The position numbers were made by a program, and so were the translations under genes. From the sequence record PX092659.1: 64,000 nucleotides of DNA. One strand, given 5' to 3'. The DNA is from a phage. Positions 18,766 to 28,078 of the stretch are shown here, one piece after another. Below the pieces are notes generated by a model that had not been told where the DNA came from, did no database searches, and saw only the letters and a program-made list of their open reading frames with translations. Each line of letters starts with the position of its first letter. Positions within the stretch are counted from its first letter, which is position 1.

Positions 18766-19272
18766 TTACACCTTAAATTGTTGTAAGGATTTACACATTT
18801 CAAGATCTGGGCTAAATTCTAGCATATAGCTAACAGCTTTTAAATCTTGAAGATTTATCCCAGTCCTACCGTTGACTATAACTGTTGGATACTGATACAT
18901 CATAGCACCCGCATCATCAAGTACACACCAATGTTTGAGCTTATACTTTTCAACGAAACGAAGAACAGAATTACCCCTAGATAATCCACCTCCAGTAAAA
19001 TCCGTTGTACCAAGAAAACGATCGATAAGACCTAATCTGGTCATAATCTGAACGTTCTCCATCTCATTTCTAACAGAGAACCAAGATGATACTCCAACAA
19101 TCATTATCGGAGAAGGACGAATAAAGTCCTGAAAAGCCTTGAGAAGCGGTTTGAAAACCCAGTCACTTCCAAAGAAAATCTTTTCATCATCAGGTGCATG
19201 ATGGTGGGAGATGCTCGAATTGAGCACCCCATCAATGTCTAGAAAAATAATCGGAGTATTACTTATTTCCAC
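18766..19272 (-). CDS. HAD-superfamily hydrolase-like protein
   Basis: 168 aa; N-terminal HAD motif I FLDIDGVLN and later VLDDAG. Confidence 0.5.
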   Translation of the reverse strand: MEISNTPIIFLDIDGVLNSSISHHHAPDDEKIFFGSDWVFKPLLKAFQDFIRPSPIMIVGVSSWFSVRNEMENVQIMTRLGLIDRFLGTTDFTGGGLSRGNSVLRFVEKYKLKHWCVLDDAGAMMYQYPTVIVNGRTGINLQDLKAVSYMLEFSPDLEMCKSLQQFKV

Positions 19273-19441
19273 TTTTGTCCCTTTCTAAGAACGTATCATA
19301 CTCAACCGTATCAACATATATGACACCATAGTCATCGGATTTATAGTCCATTTCCCACAGCTCACAGCGATAGCACCAACTACCGTCCGCCCATACAAAT
19401 ATATCATCAGGGTGTGCATACACAGATTTAATTATGGACAT
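19259..19441 (-). CDS. hypothetical protein
   Basis: 60-aa track ORF. Confidence 0.4.
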   Translation of the reverse strand: MSIIKSVYAHPDDIFVWADGSWCYRCELWEMDYKSDDYGVIYVDTVEYDTFLERDKSGNK

Positions 19442-20255
19442 ATTTGTTCCCCGGCATATAAGGCCTACCCTCTAGATGAGCTTCTACACGAGCAATAAAA
19501 TCAGGGTCACTGAAGGCATCTACAGCCCCTTTACCCCAGTAAGGGATACCGCGTTCTTCCAACTGGTACATCTCACTACGAGTCATGCCTTGATAGCCAG
19601 GTTCCGCTGCTAGGGCATTATCATAGTAGTTAACAACCATTAGCTTGGCAGCAGTAAGGTTAAGAATAGGAAATAATTCCCAGTAGAAGTTAATTACTTG
19701 GTTAGAGCAACCAACCACAATGATCATATCTTGACTGGTAATACCATCAAAAACATTGTACATTTCTGTATATGCTGGAGCATGCTCACCAAAGAAGATG
19801 ACATTAGGTTTAACCCATTTATAGTCATCTGGGTCAATAGAGTTATACCCAACATCAATAATTCGTTTATTACTACTATTGTAGCTATCAGCTACAACAA
19901 CCTCCTTTAAGTATCCATGAATGTGGAGAATATCATTATGGGGAACACCAGCACGCTCAATAAGGTCATCAACGTTAGTAGTCAAATTTACTACTTGACC
20001 TGGGTATTGTTTATACCACTCACCAATACGAAGATGCGCAAGGTTAGGTTCAACAGTTTTTAGCTCTTCACGACGCTTGTTGTAAAACATATGGGTTTTA
20101 TGATAAAAATTACCACGAAAGGCATGAATATTACATACTTCTTCTAGATCATAATCATCCCACAATGCTTTACCACTAGCAGTATCAGTACGAAAGGCTC
20201 GTACACCACTTTCAACGCTCAAACCCGCACCGCTAATAATAATTAATCTACGCAT
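19428..20255 (-). CDS. Sir2-family (sirtuin-like) NAD-dependent protein
   Basis: 275 aa; sirtuin motifs GAGLSVESGVRAFR, TTNVDDLIERAG, catalytic-His region LHIHGYL; no Cys4 zinc module seen. Confidence 0.65.
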   Translation of the reverse strand: MRRLIIISGAGLSVESGVRAFRTDTASGKALWDDYDLEEVCNIHAFRGNFYHKTHMFYNKRREELKTVEPNLAHLRIGEWYKQYPGQVVNLTTNVDDLIERAGVPHNDILHIHGYLKEVVVADSYNSSNKRIIDVGYNSIDPDDYKWVKPNVIFFGEHAPAYTEMYNVFDGITSQDMIIVVGCSNQVINFYWELFPILNLTAAKLMVVNYYDNALAAEPGYQGMTRSEMYQLEERGIPYWGKGAVDAFSDPDFIARVEAHLEGRPYMPGNKYVHN

Positions 20256-20469
20256 TTTTCACCTGTTCTCTGAAGTTTTGCCCAATACTGTCTAATAGCT
20301 CAGCTAATTCTTTATTGCCTTTCTCCATTAAGGTATTAGCAATAACTTCTAGCATAGTAGCGCAGGATTCAACACCATCCTTATAGCCAGTTTCCCAGTG
20401 CTGCATTAATGCGTTTTCCAAAGCGGCGTTTAAACCCTTATCTGGTAGTATCGGCTTCAAGAATGCCAT
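20248..20469 (-). CDS. hypothetical protein
   Basis: 73-aa track ORF. Confidence 0.45.
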   Translation of the reverse strand: MAFLKPILPDKGLNAALENALMQHWETGYKDGVESCATMLEVIANTLMEKGNKELAELLDSIGQNFREQVKNA

Positions 20470-20641
20470 AAAGTTTCTCCTCTAATTCCATAACACGATT
20501 TTCATAAGAGGCACGCAACTTTTCAATTGCCAGTGCACGCACCGTAACCTCATTAGAATTAATAGCTAATTGGGCCAGATCTTCTGTTTCCATACGTCCG
20601 TTGTAAATTAAGCGATATTTAAGATGTTTTACGTTTTTCAT
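20438..20641 (-). CDS. hypothetical protein
   Basis: 67-aa track ORF. Confidence 0.45.
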   Translation of the reverse strand: MKNVKHLKYRLIYNGRMETEDLAQLAINSNEVTVRALAIEKLRASYENRVMELEEKLYGILEADTTR

Positions 20642-20650
20642 TCTTGTTCC

Positions 20651-20932
20651 TTAGTTCTGTACTGTAAATTCATTCTTATCACAGTGAGCATAATAATACC
20701 CATACATACGATAAATCTTCACAGCCTTAGTAGACCCCTTCGATTCTTCGTAATCAATCCAGAGCCACTTGTCTTTACCTACATAATGTACCCGAAACTT
20801 CTTAACTTTCTTATCATTCCATGTTGCAACAACACGACGATAATCAAATCCGCCCAACCAATCCAGAGCTTTACGTTCTTCACTAGGCTCTCCAAGATGG
20901 GAGACATCTACTTTAGGAAGCAACTCGCTCAT
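20651..20932 (-). CDS. hypothetical protein
   Basis: 93-aa track ORF; promoter cassette immediately upstream. Confidence 0.5.
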   Translation of the reverse strand: MSELLPKVDVSHLGEPSEERKALDWLGGFDYRRVVATWNDKKVKKFRVHYVGKDKWLWIDYEESKGSTKAVKIYRMYGYYYAHCDKNEFTVQN

Positions 20933-20960
20933 AACTTTCTCCTCTCAAATTTATAAATCT

Positions 20961-20989
20961 ATTATATATAAATTTTTGGCTGAAAGCAA
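20961..20989 (-). promoter_or_regulatory. sigma70-type early promoter (minus): TTGCTT-N17-TATAAT
   Basis: Reverse complement gives TTGCTT, 17 nt, TATAAT. Confidence 0.65.
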
Positions 20990-21031
20990 ATAAAATAAAA
21001 GCCAGGTCGACTAGCAACCCGGCTGATTAGC

Positions 21032-22858
21032 TTACTTAAGATTTAAGTGTTTTACTCTACCAAGAACTTCTTTTTGTTTCCCAGAATTGAAAGGCCTACT
21101 GCCAGGAGATCCCAGGTACCCGCAAACCCTACGTGTAACCTCTATTTCTTCAGACCCACAACTCGGACATACAAACCCACGTTCAGAGGCAACAGATTCA
21201 CCCATATACCCACAGTTGAAGCACTCATCAATTGGTATATTAACACCAATATAATGGCTACATTCTAGCCCCTTATCCACCACATACTCAAGAGCTTTGT
21301 GGAACTTTTTCATTTGAGGTAGTTCCACAAATGATATATTACCACCATTAGCTATTTTGGTAAAATGAGCCTCGTACTCAAATTTAGTATCTGGAGCTAC
21401 CTTCTCTCTTACGTCCAAATGGTGACTATTAGTAAGATAGCCTTTGTCTGTTAACCAAGAATACTCTGGGAATCTACGTTCTAGTAATTTATTAAAACGA
21501 TTACATAGAGACTCACTAGGAGTAGCATACAAGCTAAACCCAAGATTAGTCTCATTAGCTTTAACTTCGCAACGATTTTTTAGGTGAGTGAGAACTTCCT
21601 CTGTAAATTCAATACAGTCCCTATGGGTCTGTGGTAAACTAAACATTATTTGGCACATCTCATAGACCCCAATATACCCAAGAGATACAGAGGATCTACC
21701 CTCAAAAATAGGCCATACATATTCTTCCCCTTCTAAACGTGCACCAAACCCACCGTGCATATAAAGAATAGGGGCTTGTTTAGCCTTAACTTTCTTCAGT
21801 CTGTTTAAGAAGAAGTCATGCGCTTCAAAAGCCTCATCCACATATTTGTCTAGAATACCCCAGAAATCTTCAAAAACTCCATCTGCCTCAGCAGCAACCA
21901 TAGGTAGATTGATAGACACAACACCTAAATTATTACGTCCTGCAATTTCTCCAGAGGGGATAGCAGATAAAAAACTACGACAACCCATAGGGGCTTTAAA
22001 ATCACCAGTAACAGCTACAACTCTCTCGTAACTTAAATAGTCTGGATACATACGAGTAGCAGAACACTCAAGTGCTAGCTGTTTTATATCATAGTTAGGA
22101 TCACCTGGGTTTTTATTTAACCCTTCTTTAACTGAGAATACTAGTTTAGGGAAGATAGGGGTTGACTCAGCAGCACCTAAACCTTTAATGCGATTTTGGA
22201 GGATGGCTTTCTGAATCATCCTTTCCTCCCACTCCTGCCCTAATCCAAAGCCAAGCGTAACAAAAGGGGTCTGCCCATTAGAGTTAAATAATGAATTAGT
22301 TTCATACTCTAGAGCTTGGAATGCATCATAACACTCTTTTTCAGTAAGCTCAGTAGCATACACAGCAGCTTTTCTTTCATCCTTGAGCCAACGTAGCCCA
22401 CGACCCAGATGTTTATTGTAAGACTTTCTGACATACGGGGCTAGAACCTCGTCGATACGATCAATAGAGGTGCCACCATACTGAGCACCAGATACTTGGG
22501 CAATAATCTGAGCAGTGATTGCACATGCAGTAGTTATGGATTTAGGAGTTTCAATATTTGCATTACCAATTTTAGTACCATTCTTCAGCATGCCACCAAG
22601 GTCTACTAAGCAACAGTTAGTGTACCCCTGCGCCCTGTAATCCATATCATGAATGTGTATCTTACCTAGATTATGTGCGTCTAATAGATGTTTGGGTAAT
22701 TCCTGCGATACTAAATACTTGTTGATTTCTCCGGCTAATAAGTCTCTTTGAGTATGGAACATCTCACTAGGCTTATTAGCATTATTATGTTGTAAGTCCT
22801 TGTCAGCAGTTAGAGTGAGCAGGCCTTTGCAATTCTCAATTAATTCATTCTCTGTCAT
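21032..22858 (-). CDS. nrdD: anaerobic ribonucleoside-triphosphate reductase (class III RNR)
   Basis: 608 aa; C-terminal Cys4 zinc ribbon (CFNCGY...CPSCGS) and glycyl-radical motif RRVCGYLGS. Confidence 0.8.
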   Translation of the reverse strand: MTENELIENCKGLLTLTADKDLQHNNANKPSEMFHTQRDLLAGEINKYLVSQELPKHLLDAHNLGKIHIHDMDYRAQGYTNCCLVDLGGMLKNGTKIGNANIETPKSITTACAITAQIIAQVSGAQYGGTSIDRIDEVLAPYVRKSYNKHLGRGLRWLKDERKAAVYATELTEKECYDAFQALEYETNSLFNSNGQTPFVTLGFGLGQEWEERMIQKAILQNRIKGLGAAESTPIFPKLVFSVKEGLNKNPGDPNYDIKQLALECSATRMYPDYLSYERVVAVTGDFKAPMGCRSFLSAIPSGEIAGRNNLGVVSINLPMVAAEADGVFEDFWGILDKYVDEAFEAHDFFLNRLKKVKAKQAPILYMHGGFGARLEGEEYVWPIFEGRSSVSLGYIGVYEMCQIMFSLPQTHRDCIEFTEEVLTHLKNRCEVKANETNLGFSLYATPSESLCNRFNKLLERRFPEYSWLTDKGYLTNSHHLDVREKVAPDTKFEYEAHFTKIANGGNISFVELPQMKKFHKALEYVVDKGLECSHYIGVNIPIDECFNCGYMGESVASERGFVCPSCGSEEIEVTRRVCGYLGSPGSRPFNSGKQKEVLGRVKHLNLK

Positions 22859-23708
22859 TGATTATTTCCTCGATAAACTTTATAGCTACTTTTGGTTCAA
22901 TATTGAAGAATTCCGTAGCGCCATCAAAATCTTTGTAATGGCAATTCTGTTCTTTAAAGTAGTTATGAGCTAATTTTTCGATTCGAACTGCACTACTATA
23001 TTCGCCAATTTCAAATACTTTAAGTATTTCCAAATCAATAAGGTGGCCACTAGATTTAATATGTAGAAGCCTACGCTCTGGATTGTTAGACCTACCTATT
23101 TTAACTCCATGTGTGGGGCTATGCATAACATATATCTTAGTACTTTCTAAATCTCTATAGCTACAGTAAGGACAACCGTTCCCTCTTAATACAGATCCTG
23201 GAGTAGCTCCCCACCTATGCCCTGCGCCACAGAGAAAGGTAGTCTTAGTATTCGCATTAACATATTCACCTACTATTCTGATATTTCTGGCAGTAAGACG
23301 ATCATTTATAACACTAATACTAAGTTTCTGCTTATTAATAGCACAAGACGGACAGCCACTCCCCCTATTAATTATGCTATTAAGCGTAGTAGTCCACTCA
23401 TGACCACAAATACACCTAAATTTAGTGTTTATATCAACACTATTTTTATATCCCCCCAACAATGTAATACCTCTGTCCTGTAATACAGAACTAATTTTAT
23501 CAATATCTAGTTTACGGCTATTAGTAGAGCAAGTAGGACAATTGGTCTTTCCATTCCTAATAGCGTCAAATTTAGCTGTCCATTGATGGCCATATTCACA
23601 CTGATACGTATGCCTATACCTAGAATTTTGATACGGCTTATCCACCATAGTAAAACCACGCTCGGCTAGGCATTTATCTACTTCTTCTTGGGTTAATTTT
23701 TTCGGCAT
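22845..23708 (-). CDS. Zn-ribbon repeat protein with C-terminal T5orf172-like (GIY-YIG superfamily) domain
   Basis: Track ORF runs to 23765 but overlaps the promoter; ATG at 23708 (MPKKLTQEEV) with GGAGAAGAG upstream is the likelier start. Repeated CxxC units, then IYVMHSPTHGVKIGRSNNPERRLLHIK. Confidence 0.55.
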   Translation of the reverse strand: MPKKLTQEEVDKCLAERGFTMVDKPYQNSRYRHTYQCEYGHQWTAKFDAIRNGKTNCPTCSTNSRKLDIDKISSVLQDRGITLLGGYKNSVDINTKFRCICGHEWTTTLNSIINRGSGCPSCAINKQKLSISVINDRLTARNIRIVGEYVNANTKTTFLCGAGHRWGATPGSVLRGNGCPYCSYRDLESTKIYVMHSPTHGVKIGRSNNPERRLLHIKSSGHLIDLEILKVFEIGEYSSAVRIEKLAHNYFKEQNCHYKDFDGATEFFNIEPKVAIKFIEEIINDRE

Positions 23709-23736
23709 TACTCTTCTCCATAGAATTTTTACATTT

Positions 23737-23765
23737 ATTATACTAAACATTATCCACCATGTCAA
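23737..23765 (-). promoter_or_regulatory. sigma70 promoter (minus): TTGACA-N17-TATAAT, leftward arm of divergent region
   Basis: Reverse complement gives TTGACA tggtggataatgtttag TATAAT. Confidence 0.6.
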
Positions 23766-23902
23766 TTAAAATTTTCTTTCGCCATCTAATACTGTAATAT
23801 TTCGCGTATAAATAGTTGAGTATCTAGTATCACACATCCCACGTTAAAAGCAAGCAAATTTTTTATTTAAATGCAATATCATAGGCTTATTTAAAATTGT
23901 AG

Positions 23903-23931
23903 TTGCTTTTTACTGTATATATTGGTATAAT
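23903..23931 (+). promoter_or_regulatory. sigma70-type early promoter (plus): TTGCTT-N17-TATAAT, rightward arm of divergent region
   Basis: TTGCTT, 17 nt, TATAAT; upstream of phoH. Confidence 0.6.
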
Positions 23932-24004
23932 ATATTTGTAAGTTGATAAACAAGATCTTTTTGTTGATCCTCTGTTAGCGAAGTACACTATAGGAGTGTT
24001 ATTT

Positions 24005-24757
24005 ATGGGAAAAGCACGTCAAAAAAGAGAGAACCGCAACGGTTCAAGAAAGCGTGGCAACAAATATGAGAATAACGTAATTCAGGCGGATTTTTCTAAT
24101 GATTACGCTAACCCAGTTGCTAAATCCCTAGTAGGTAAAAACCGCGAGCAAAAATCATATATCAATATGATCAAGAACAACACAGTGACTGTGGGTATTG
24201 GTGAGCCGGGTACAGGTAAAACCTTTATTCCGTCTGTTCTTGCAGCTCAGGAACTCGTAGACATTCACTCAGATATTGAGCAAGTGATCCTCGTACGTCC
24301 TAATGAACCTCTAGGTAAGTCTCTTGGTATGCTTCCTGGTGATCTAGCGGAAAAGCTAGAGCCTTGGTTGGAGCCAATAGCTGATGGTATGAAATGGGCC
24401 ATCGGCGATCATGCGTATAAAGGATATGTCGAACGTCAGAAAATTAAATTTTTGGCTGTCGAACATGCTCGTGGCAGAACTTTCAACAACTCCTATGTAA
24501 TTGTCGATGAAGCTCAGAATATTTCCGTTGAGGCAATGATTTGTCTCCTAACTCGTGTAGGACAAGACTGCCGTTTAATTATCTGCGGAGATATAGCTCA
24601 GAAAGACATTAAAGGTGACTCAGGTCTAGCACTCCTTATGGAAGTCTATGAGAAATACGAAAATGCCCCATTCTCAATGATCGAATTGATTGATAACGTT
24701 CGTTCTGTCGAGTCTAAAGCATTCTATGATATTTTTAAAGACATGGGGAAGGTGTAA
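24005..24757 (+). CDS. phoH: PhoH-like ATPase
   Basis: Track ORF from GTG 23996; ATG 24005 after TAGGAG is likelier. Walker A GEPGTGKTF, Walker B VIVDEAQN. Confidence 0.8.
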   Translation: MGKARQKRENRNGSRKRGNKYENNVIQADFSNDYANPVAKSLVGKNREQKSYINMIKNNTVTVGIGEPGTGKTFIPSVLAAQELVDIHSDIEQVILVRPNEPLGKSLGMLPGDLAEKLEPWLEPIADGMKWAIGDHAYKGYVERQKIKFLAVEHARGRTFNNSYVIVDEAQNISVEAMICLLTRVGQDCRLIICGDIAQKDIKGDSGLALLMEVYEKYENAPFSMIELIDNVRSVESKAFYDIFKDMGKV

Positions 24758-24758
24758 T

Positions 24759-24980
24759 ATGGGAAACGTCGTTCATCTGAGCCGTAAAACTAAAATACAT
24801 CGTACTTCACTGAGTGCTGCTAATATTATTACACGTAAAGAAGGAGAAGAAAGTCCTAAGACAACCCTAGCGTGGAAAATTGTAACCTCAAACCCAAATA
24901 AACCCTTCAATTATAACGAGCTGAGCACCTCCATAGATATTCTATTAAAAGAAGTAGCTAGAGCTAAAGTAATTGAATAA
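24759..24980 (+). CDS. hypothetical protein
   Basis: ATG 24759 follows the phoH stop directly; the track ORF's N-terminal extension overlaps phoH. Confidence 0.45.
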   Translation: MGNVVHLSRKTKIHRTSLSAANIITRKEGEESPKTTLAWKIVTSNPNKPFNYNELSTSIDILLKEVARAKVIE

Positions 24981-25122
24981 GCTAAAAAGCTAGACTGGTA
25001 ATATACAGGGCCTGGGTATGAAAATACTCGGGCCTTTTCTATCAGAAAATTTTATTTGCCTAATGACCAATAATAATGTAGAATATTCCTTAAATCCTGA
25101 TAACTATAAAAAGGAAAGCCAA

Positions 25123-27453
25123 ATGAGCCATCGCATTGAAAAAGTAATTAAACGTGACGGTACTGTAGAAGACTTTGCTCCTGAAAAACTCAATGGTTGG
25201 GCAGAGTATGGTTGCAAAACAGTTGATGTAAGTTGGTCAGCCATTACTATGGCTGCTCAAAAAACTCTACCTAAAGGGGTTGTAGATTCCGACACTCTGA
25301 TGGACGCATTAATTAAAGCTGCTGAAAGTCTTATCAAAGATAACCCAGCATACGATGTGCCAGCAAAGGAATTACGTCTTGCGCAAATGCGTAAGCGCCT
25401 TTATGACTCTTTCGAACCACCTTCTCTACGTTTCTTCCATGACCATATGGTTAGCGTAGGTGCATGGGAAGACATGAGTGCATGGATTACCGATGAGCAA
25501 TTTGAAGCTCTGAATCAGGTTATCGATCATGATCGTGACCGTCTTTTTACTAGTGGTGGACTGAAACAGTTCTTTGATAAGTATTCCCGTCGTAACATAG
25601 CCACTGGTGAAATTTATGAAACCCCGCAGTTTGCCTACATGGGTATGGCAATGGCGATGTTATCTCAACCTAACTGGACAATTCTAGATGCAATCGACCT
25701 CTACAACGCAATGTCGCTCCACAAAATCAACGTTCCTACGCCGCCACTGGTTGGTCTGCGCTCTAGTGACCGTGGATTTGCTAGTTGCTGCCTCGTGGAT
25801 TCCACTGACACGTTGGATTCAATCGACACCGCCGAGCACATCGTCTTCAAAATGGTCGCAGCCAGAGCGGGAATCGGGTATCATCTTGAAAGCCGATCAA
25901 TTGCTGATCCGGTGCGAAATGGGGCATTCCCGCATTCCGGAAAACTGCCATATTATAGACACATTGACCGCTCAGTAAAGGCCAATACTCAGCAAACTCG
26001 TGGGGGTTCTGCCACAGTGTCTTATCCATACTTCGACCCTGAAATCATTCAATTGATGCAGGTTAAGCAACAACGTGCTACAGATGAGAATAAAATCGAT
26101 AAGATGGATTATTCTCTGAGCTTCAACAATCTTTTGTTAAAACGTTATCTGAAAAATGAAGATATTACGCTAATGTCATACTTCTATGCTCCAGAAGTTC
26201 ATGAAGCGTTTTATAGTGATGACGAGGCTAAATTTGAAGAAATCTACGTGGCAGCGGAGAAACGTGTGGCATCTCTTACAAAGATCGACCACGAAGGAAA
26301 AACAGTTCCTGCAGCTCCTAAAGTCTCTGCAAAAGAAATCCTAGATACTTGGCTACGTATCCGAATGGAAACAGGACGTATGTATGCTCATCACATCGGG
26401 GAATCTAATCGTCACGGTAACTTCCTTGATCCGATCCGTATGACAAACCTTTGTGTTGAGATTACTCAGCCTACGCGCCCGTTCCATCATATCACAGAAC
26501 TGTATAAGACAAAAGAGCAGCTTGATCAAATGAAGCCGGAGGATATTGGTGAAGTATCTCTGTGTAACTTAGGTGGTGTTGTACTTGGGCGCATGGAATC
26601 TCTGGCTGAGTGGGAAAAAACTTGCTACATCCTTCTGAAATTCGTTGATACAATTATCGAAATTCAGGATTATCCGTTCCCAACTATGGAATATACGGCT
26701 AAGAAACGTCGTAATGTTGGTATTGGTCTAATGAACGCAGCAGGTGCAATGGCAGCAGAAGGTCTGGCTTATGAAGGTATTGAAGCCCGTAACTGGATTC
26801 ACCGTGAGGCTGAAAAACTGTCTTACTTCCTGCATAAAGCCTCTGTACGCCTAGCTAGAGAACAGGGCGCATGTGAGTGGTTTGATCGTACTAAACCATC
26901 TAAAGGAATTCTGGTAATCGACACGTACAAGAAAACTGTTGATGAACTGGTATCCGTAGGTCTAGAAATGGATTGGGAGTCTCTGCGTGCAGATATTCTG
27001 AAATACGGTATGCGTAACTCTGTTCTGACTGCTCAGATGCCGGGGGAAAGTTCCTCTGTTCTGTTAGGTGTTACTAACTCTATCGAACCGCCTCGTAAGA
27101 TTGTATCTATCAAGGGTAGTGCAGTAAATAAAGTAATTGCAATTGCTCCAGGTGCAACCGATTGGGAAACGTTAATGAGCTATAAATTGGCTTATGATGT
27201 AGATCGTATCGAGTGGATCAAATGGGTAGCAACTATGCAGAAATTCTTCAGTCAGTCTATCAGTACGAATATGTACTATGACTACACTAAGTTTGAGAAT
27301 GAAATCATTCCTGGCCCAGTAGTAGTTCGTGATTTCATGACTGCTGTTAAGTATGGGTGGAAAACTTGGTATTATGCTAACTTCAATACCGCAAATGGTG
27401 GAGGTGCTGGAGAAGAAGCAGCCGGTTGTGCATCAGGTGGTTGTACTATTTAA
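25123..27453 (+). CDS. nrdA: ribonucleoside-diphosphate reductase alpha subunit (class Ia)
   Basis: Track ORF from 25018; ATG 25123 (MSHRIEKVIKRDGTVEDF = ATP-cone) after AAAGGAAAG is likelier. Catalytic motifs NLCVEI and C-terminal Cys pair GCASGGC. Confidence 0.85.
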   Translation: MSHRIEKVIKRDGTVEDFAPEKLNGWAEYGCKTVDVSWSAITMAAQKTLPKGVVDSDTLMDALIKAAESLIKDNPAYDVPAKELRLAQMRKRLYDSFEPPSLRFFHDHMVSVGAWEDMSAWITDEQFEALNQVIDHDRDRLFTSGGLKQFFDKYSRRNIATGEIYETPQFAYMGMAMAMLSQPNWTILDAIDLYNAMSLHKINVPTPPLVGLRSSDRGFASCCLVDSTDTLDSIDTAEHIVFKMVAARAGIGYHLESRSIADPVRNGAFPHSGKLPYYRHIDRSVKANTQQTRGGSATVSYPYFDPEIIQLMQVKQQRATDENKIDKMDYSLSFNNLLLKRYLKNEDITLMSYFYAPEVHEAFYSDDEAKFEEIYVAAEKRVASLTKIDHEGKTVPAAPKVSAKEILDTWLRIRMETGRMYAHHIGESNRHGNFLDPIRMTNLCVEITQPTRPFHHITELYKTKEQLDQMKPEDIGEVSLCNLGGVVLGRMESLAEWEKTCYILLKFVDTIIEIQDYPFPTMEYTAKKRRNVGIGLMNAAGAMAAEGLAYEGIEARNWIHREAEKLSYFLHKASVRLAREQGACEWFDRTKPSKGILVIDTYKKTVDELVSVGLEMDWESLRADILKYGMRNSVLTAQMPGESSSVLLGVTNSIEPPRKIVSIKGSAVNKVIAIAPGATDWETLMSYKLAYDVDRIEWIKWVATMQKFFSQSISTNMYYDYTKFENEIIPGPVVVRDFMTAVKYGWKTWYYANFNTANGGGAGEEAAGCASGGCTI

Positions 27454-27462
27454 TAAAAACAA

Positions 27463-27489
27463 GGAGATCTTCGGGTCTCCTTTTTCTTT
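27463..27489 (+). terminator. rho-independent terminator
   Basis: GGAGATC ttcg GGTCTCC followed by TTTTTCTTT, downstream of nrdA. Confidence 0.65.
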
Positions 27490-27499
27490 GAAATTTTAC

Positions 27500-27528
27500 T
27501 TGCTAATCGCTACCAGATTTGCTATAAT
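27500..27528 (+). promoter_or_regulatory. sigma70-type early promoter: TTGCTA-N17-TATAAT
   Basis: Cassette match upstream of the HNH gene at 27555. Confidence 0.6.
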
Positions 27529-27554
27529 ATCTCCATTAGTTAAGGAGATTAGTT

Positions 27555-28070
27555 TTGATAACACAAGATGAATTAAAAAGGATTCTGGAGTATAATCCAG
27601 ATGAAGGAACATTTACTTGGTTAAATAACCAAGAAGTACACAATAAAGTAAGAGGATTACCTGCTGGCTGTTTAAAACCACACTCAGTAGACCCTAACCG
27701 AAAAGACTTAGTGATACAAATCAAGGGCAAGAAGTACCCTGCACAAAATATTGCCTTCCTGTACATGACAGGAAACTTACCTAAAGTTATGGTTGACCAT
27801 ATAGATGGAGATTCACTAAACTATAAGTGGACTAATCTAAGAGAAGCAGACTGGCAATTAAATAGTCAAAATAGAAAAACCAGTAAAAACAATATATTGG
27901 GTACTAAGAATATTCGGAAGAAAGGGTCTGGATTTCAAGTTAGAAAATCCATTAACGGAAAAGAATATGTGAAAACTCTTCCAACTCTAGAAGAGGCAAT
28001 AGAGTATCGAGATTCTTTAATCCTCTCTATAACCAAAGATCCAACACTACTTAGAAACACAGATAAATAG
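27555..28070 (+). CDS. HNH homing endonuclease (paralog family), free-standing between nrdA and nrdB
   Basis: 171 aa; TTG start after AAGGAG; MITQDELKRILEYNPDEGTF N-terminus and IAFLYMTGNLPKVMVDHIDGDSLNYKWTNL HNH region. Confidence 0.65.
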   Translation: MITQDELKRILEYNPDEGTFTWLNNQEVHNKVRGLPAGCLKPHSVDPNRKDLVIQIKGKKYPAQNIAFLYMTGNLPKVMVDHIDGDSLNYKWTNLREADWQLNSQNRKTSKNNILGTKNIRKKGSGFQVRKSINGKEYVKTLPTLEEAIEYRDSLILSITKDPTLLRNTDK

Positions 28071-28078
28071 GAGAACTA

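Noticed and set aside
25018-25122. N-terminal extensions in track ORFs (nrdA from 25018; also 23996, 24690, 30956, 35099, 40107, 52072, 58501, 61588, 62861)
   Set aside because: In each case an internal ATG with a better-placed RBS, or avoidance of overlap with the upstream gene, gives a more plausible start; extensions result from taking the first in-frame start.
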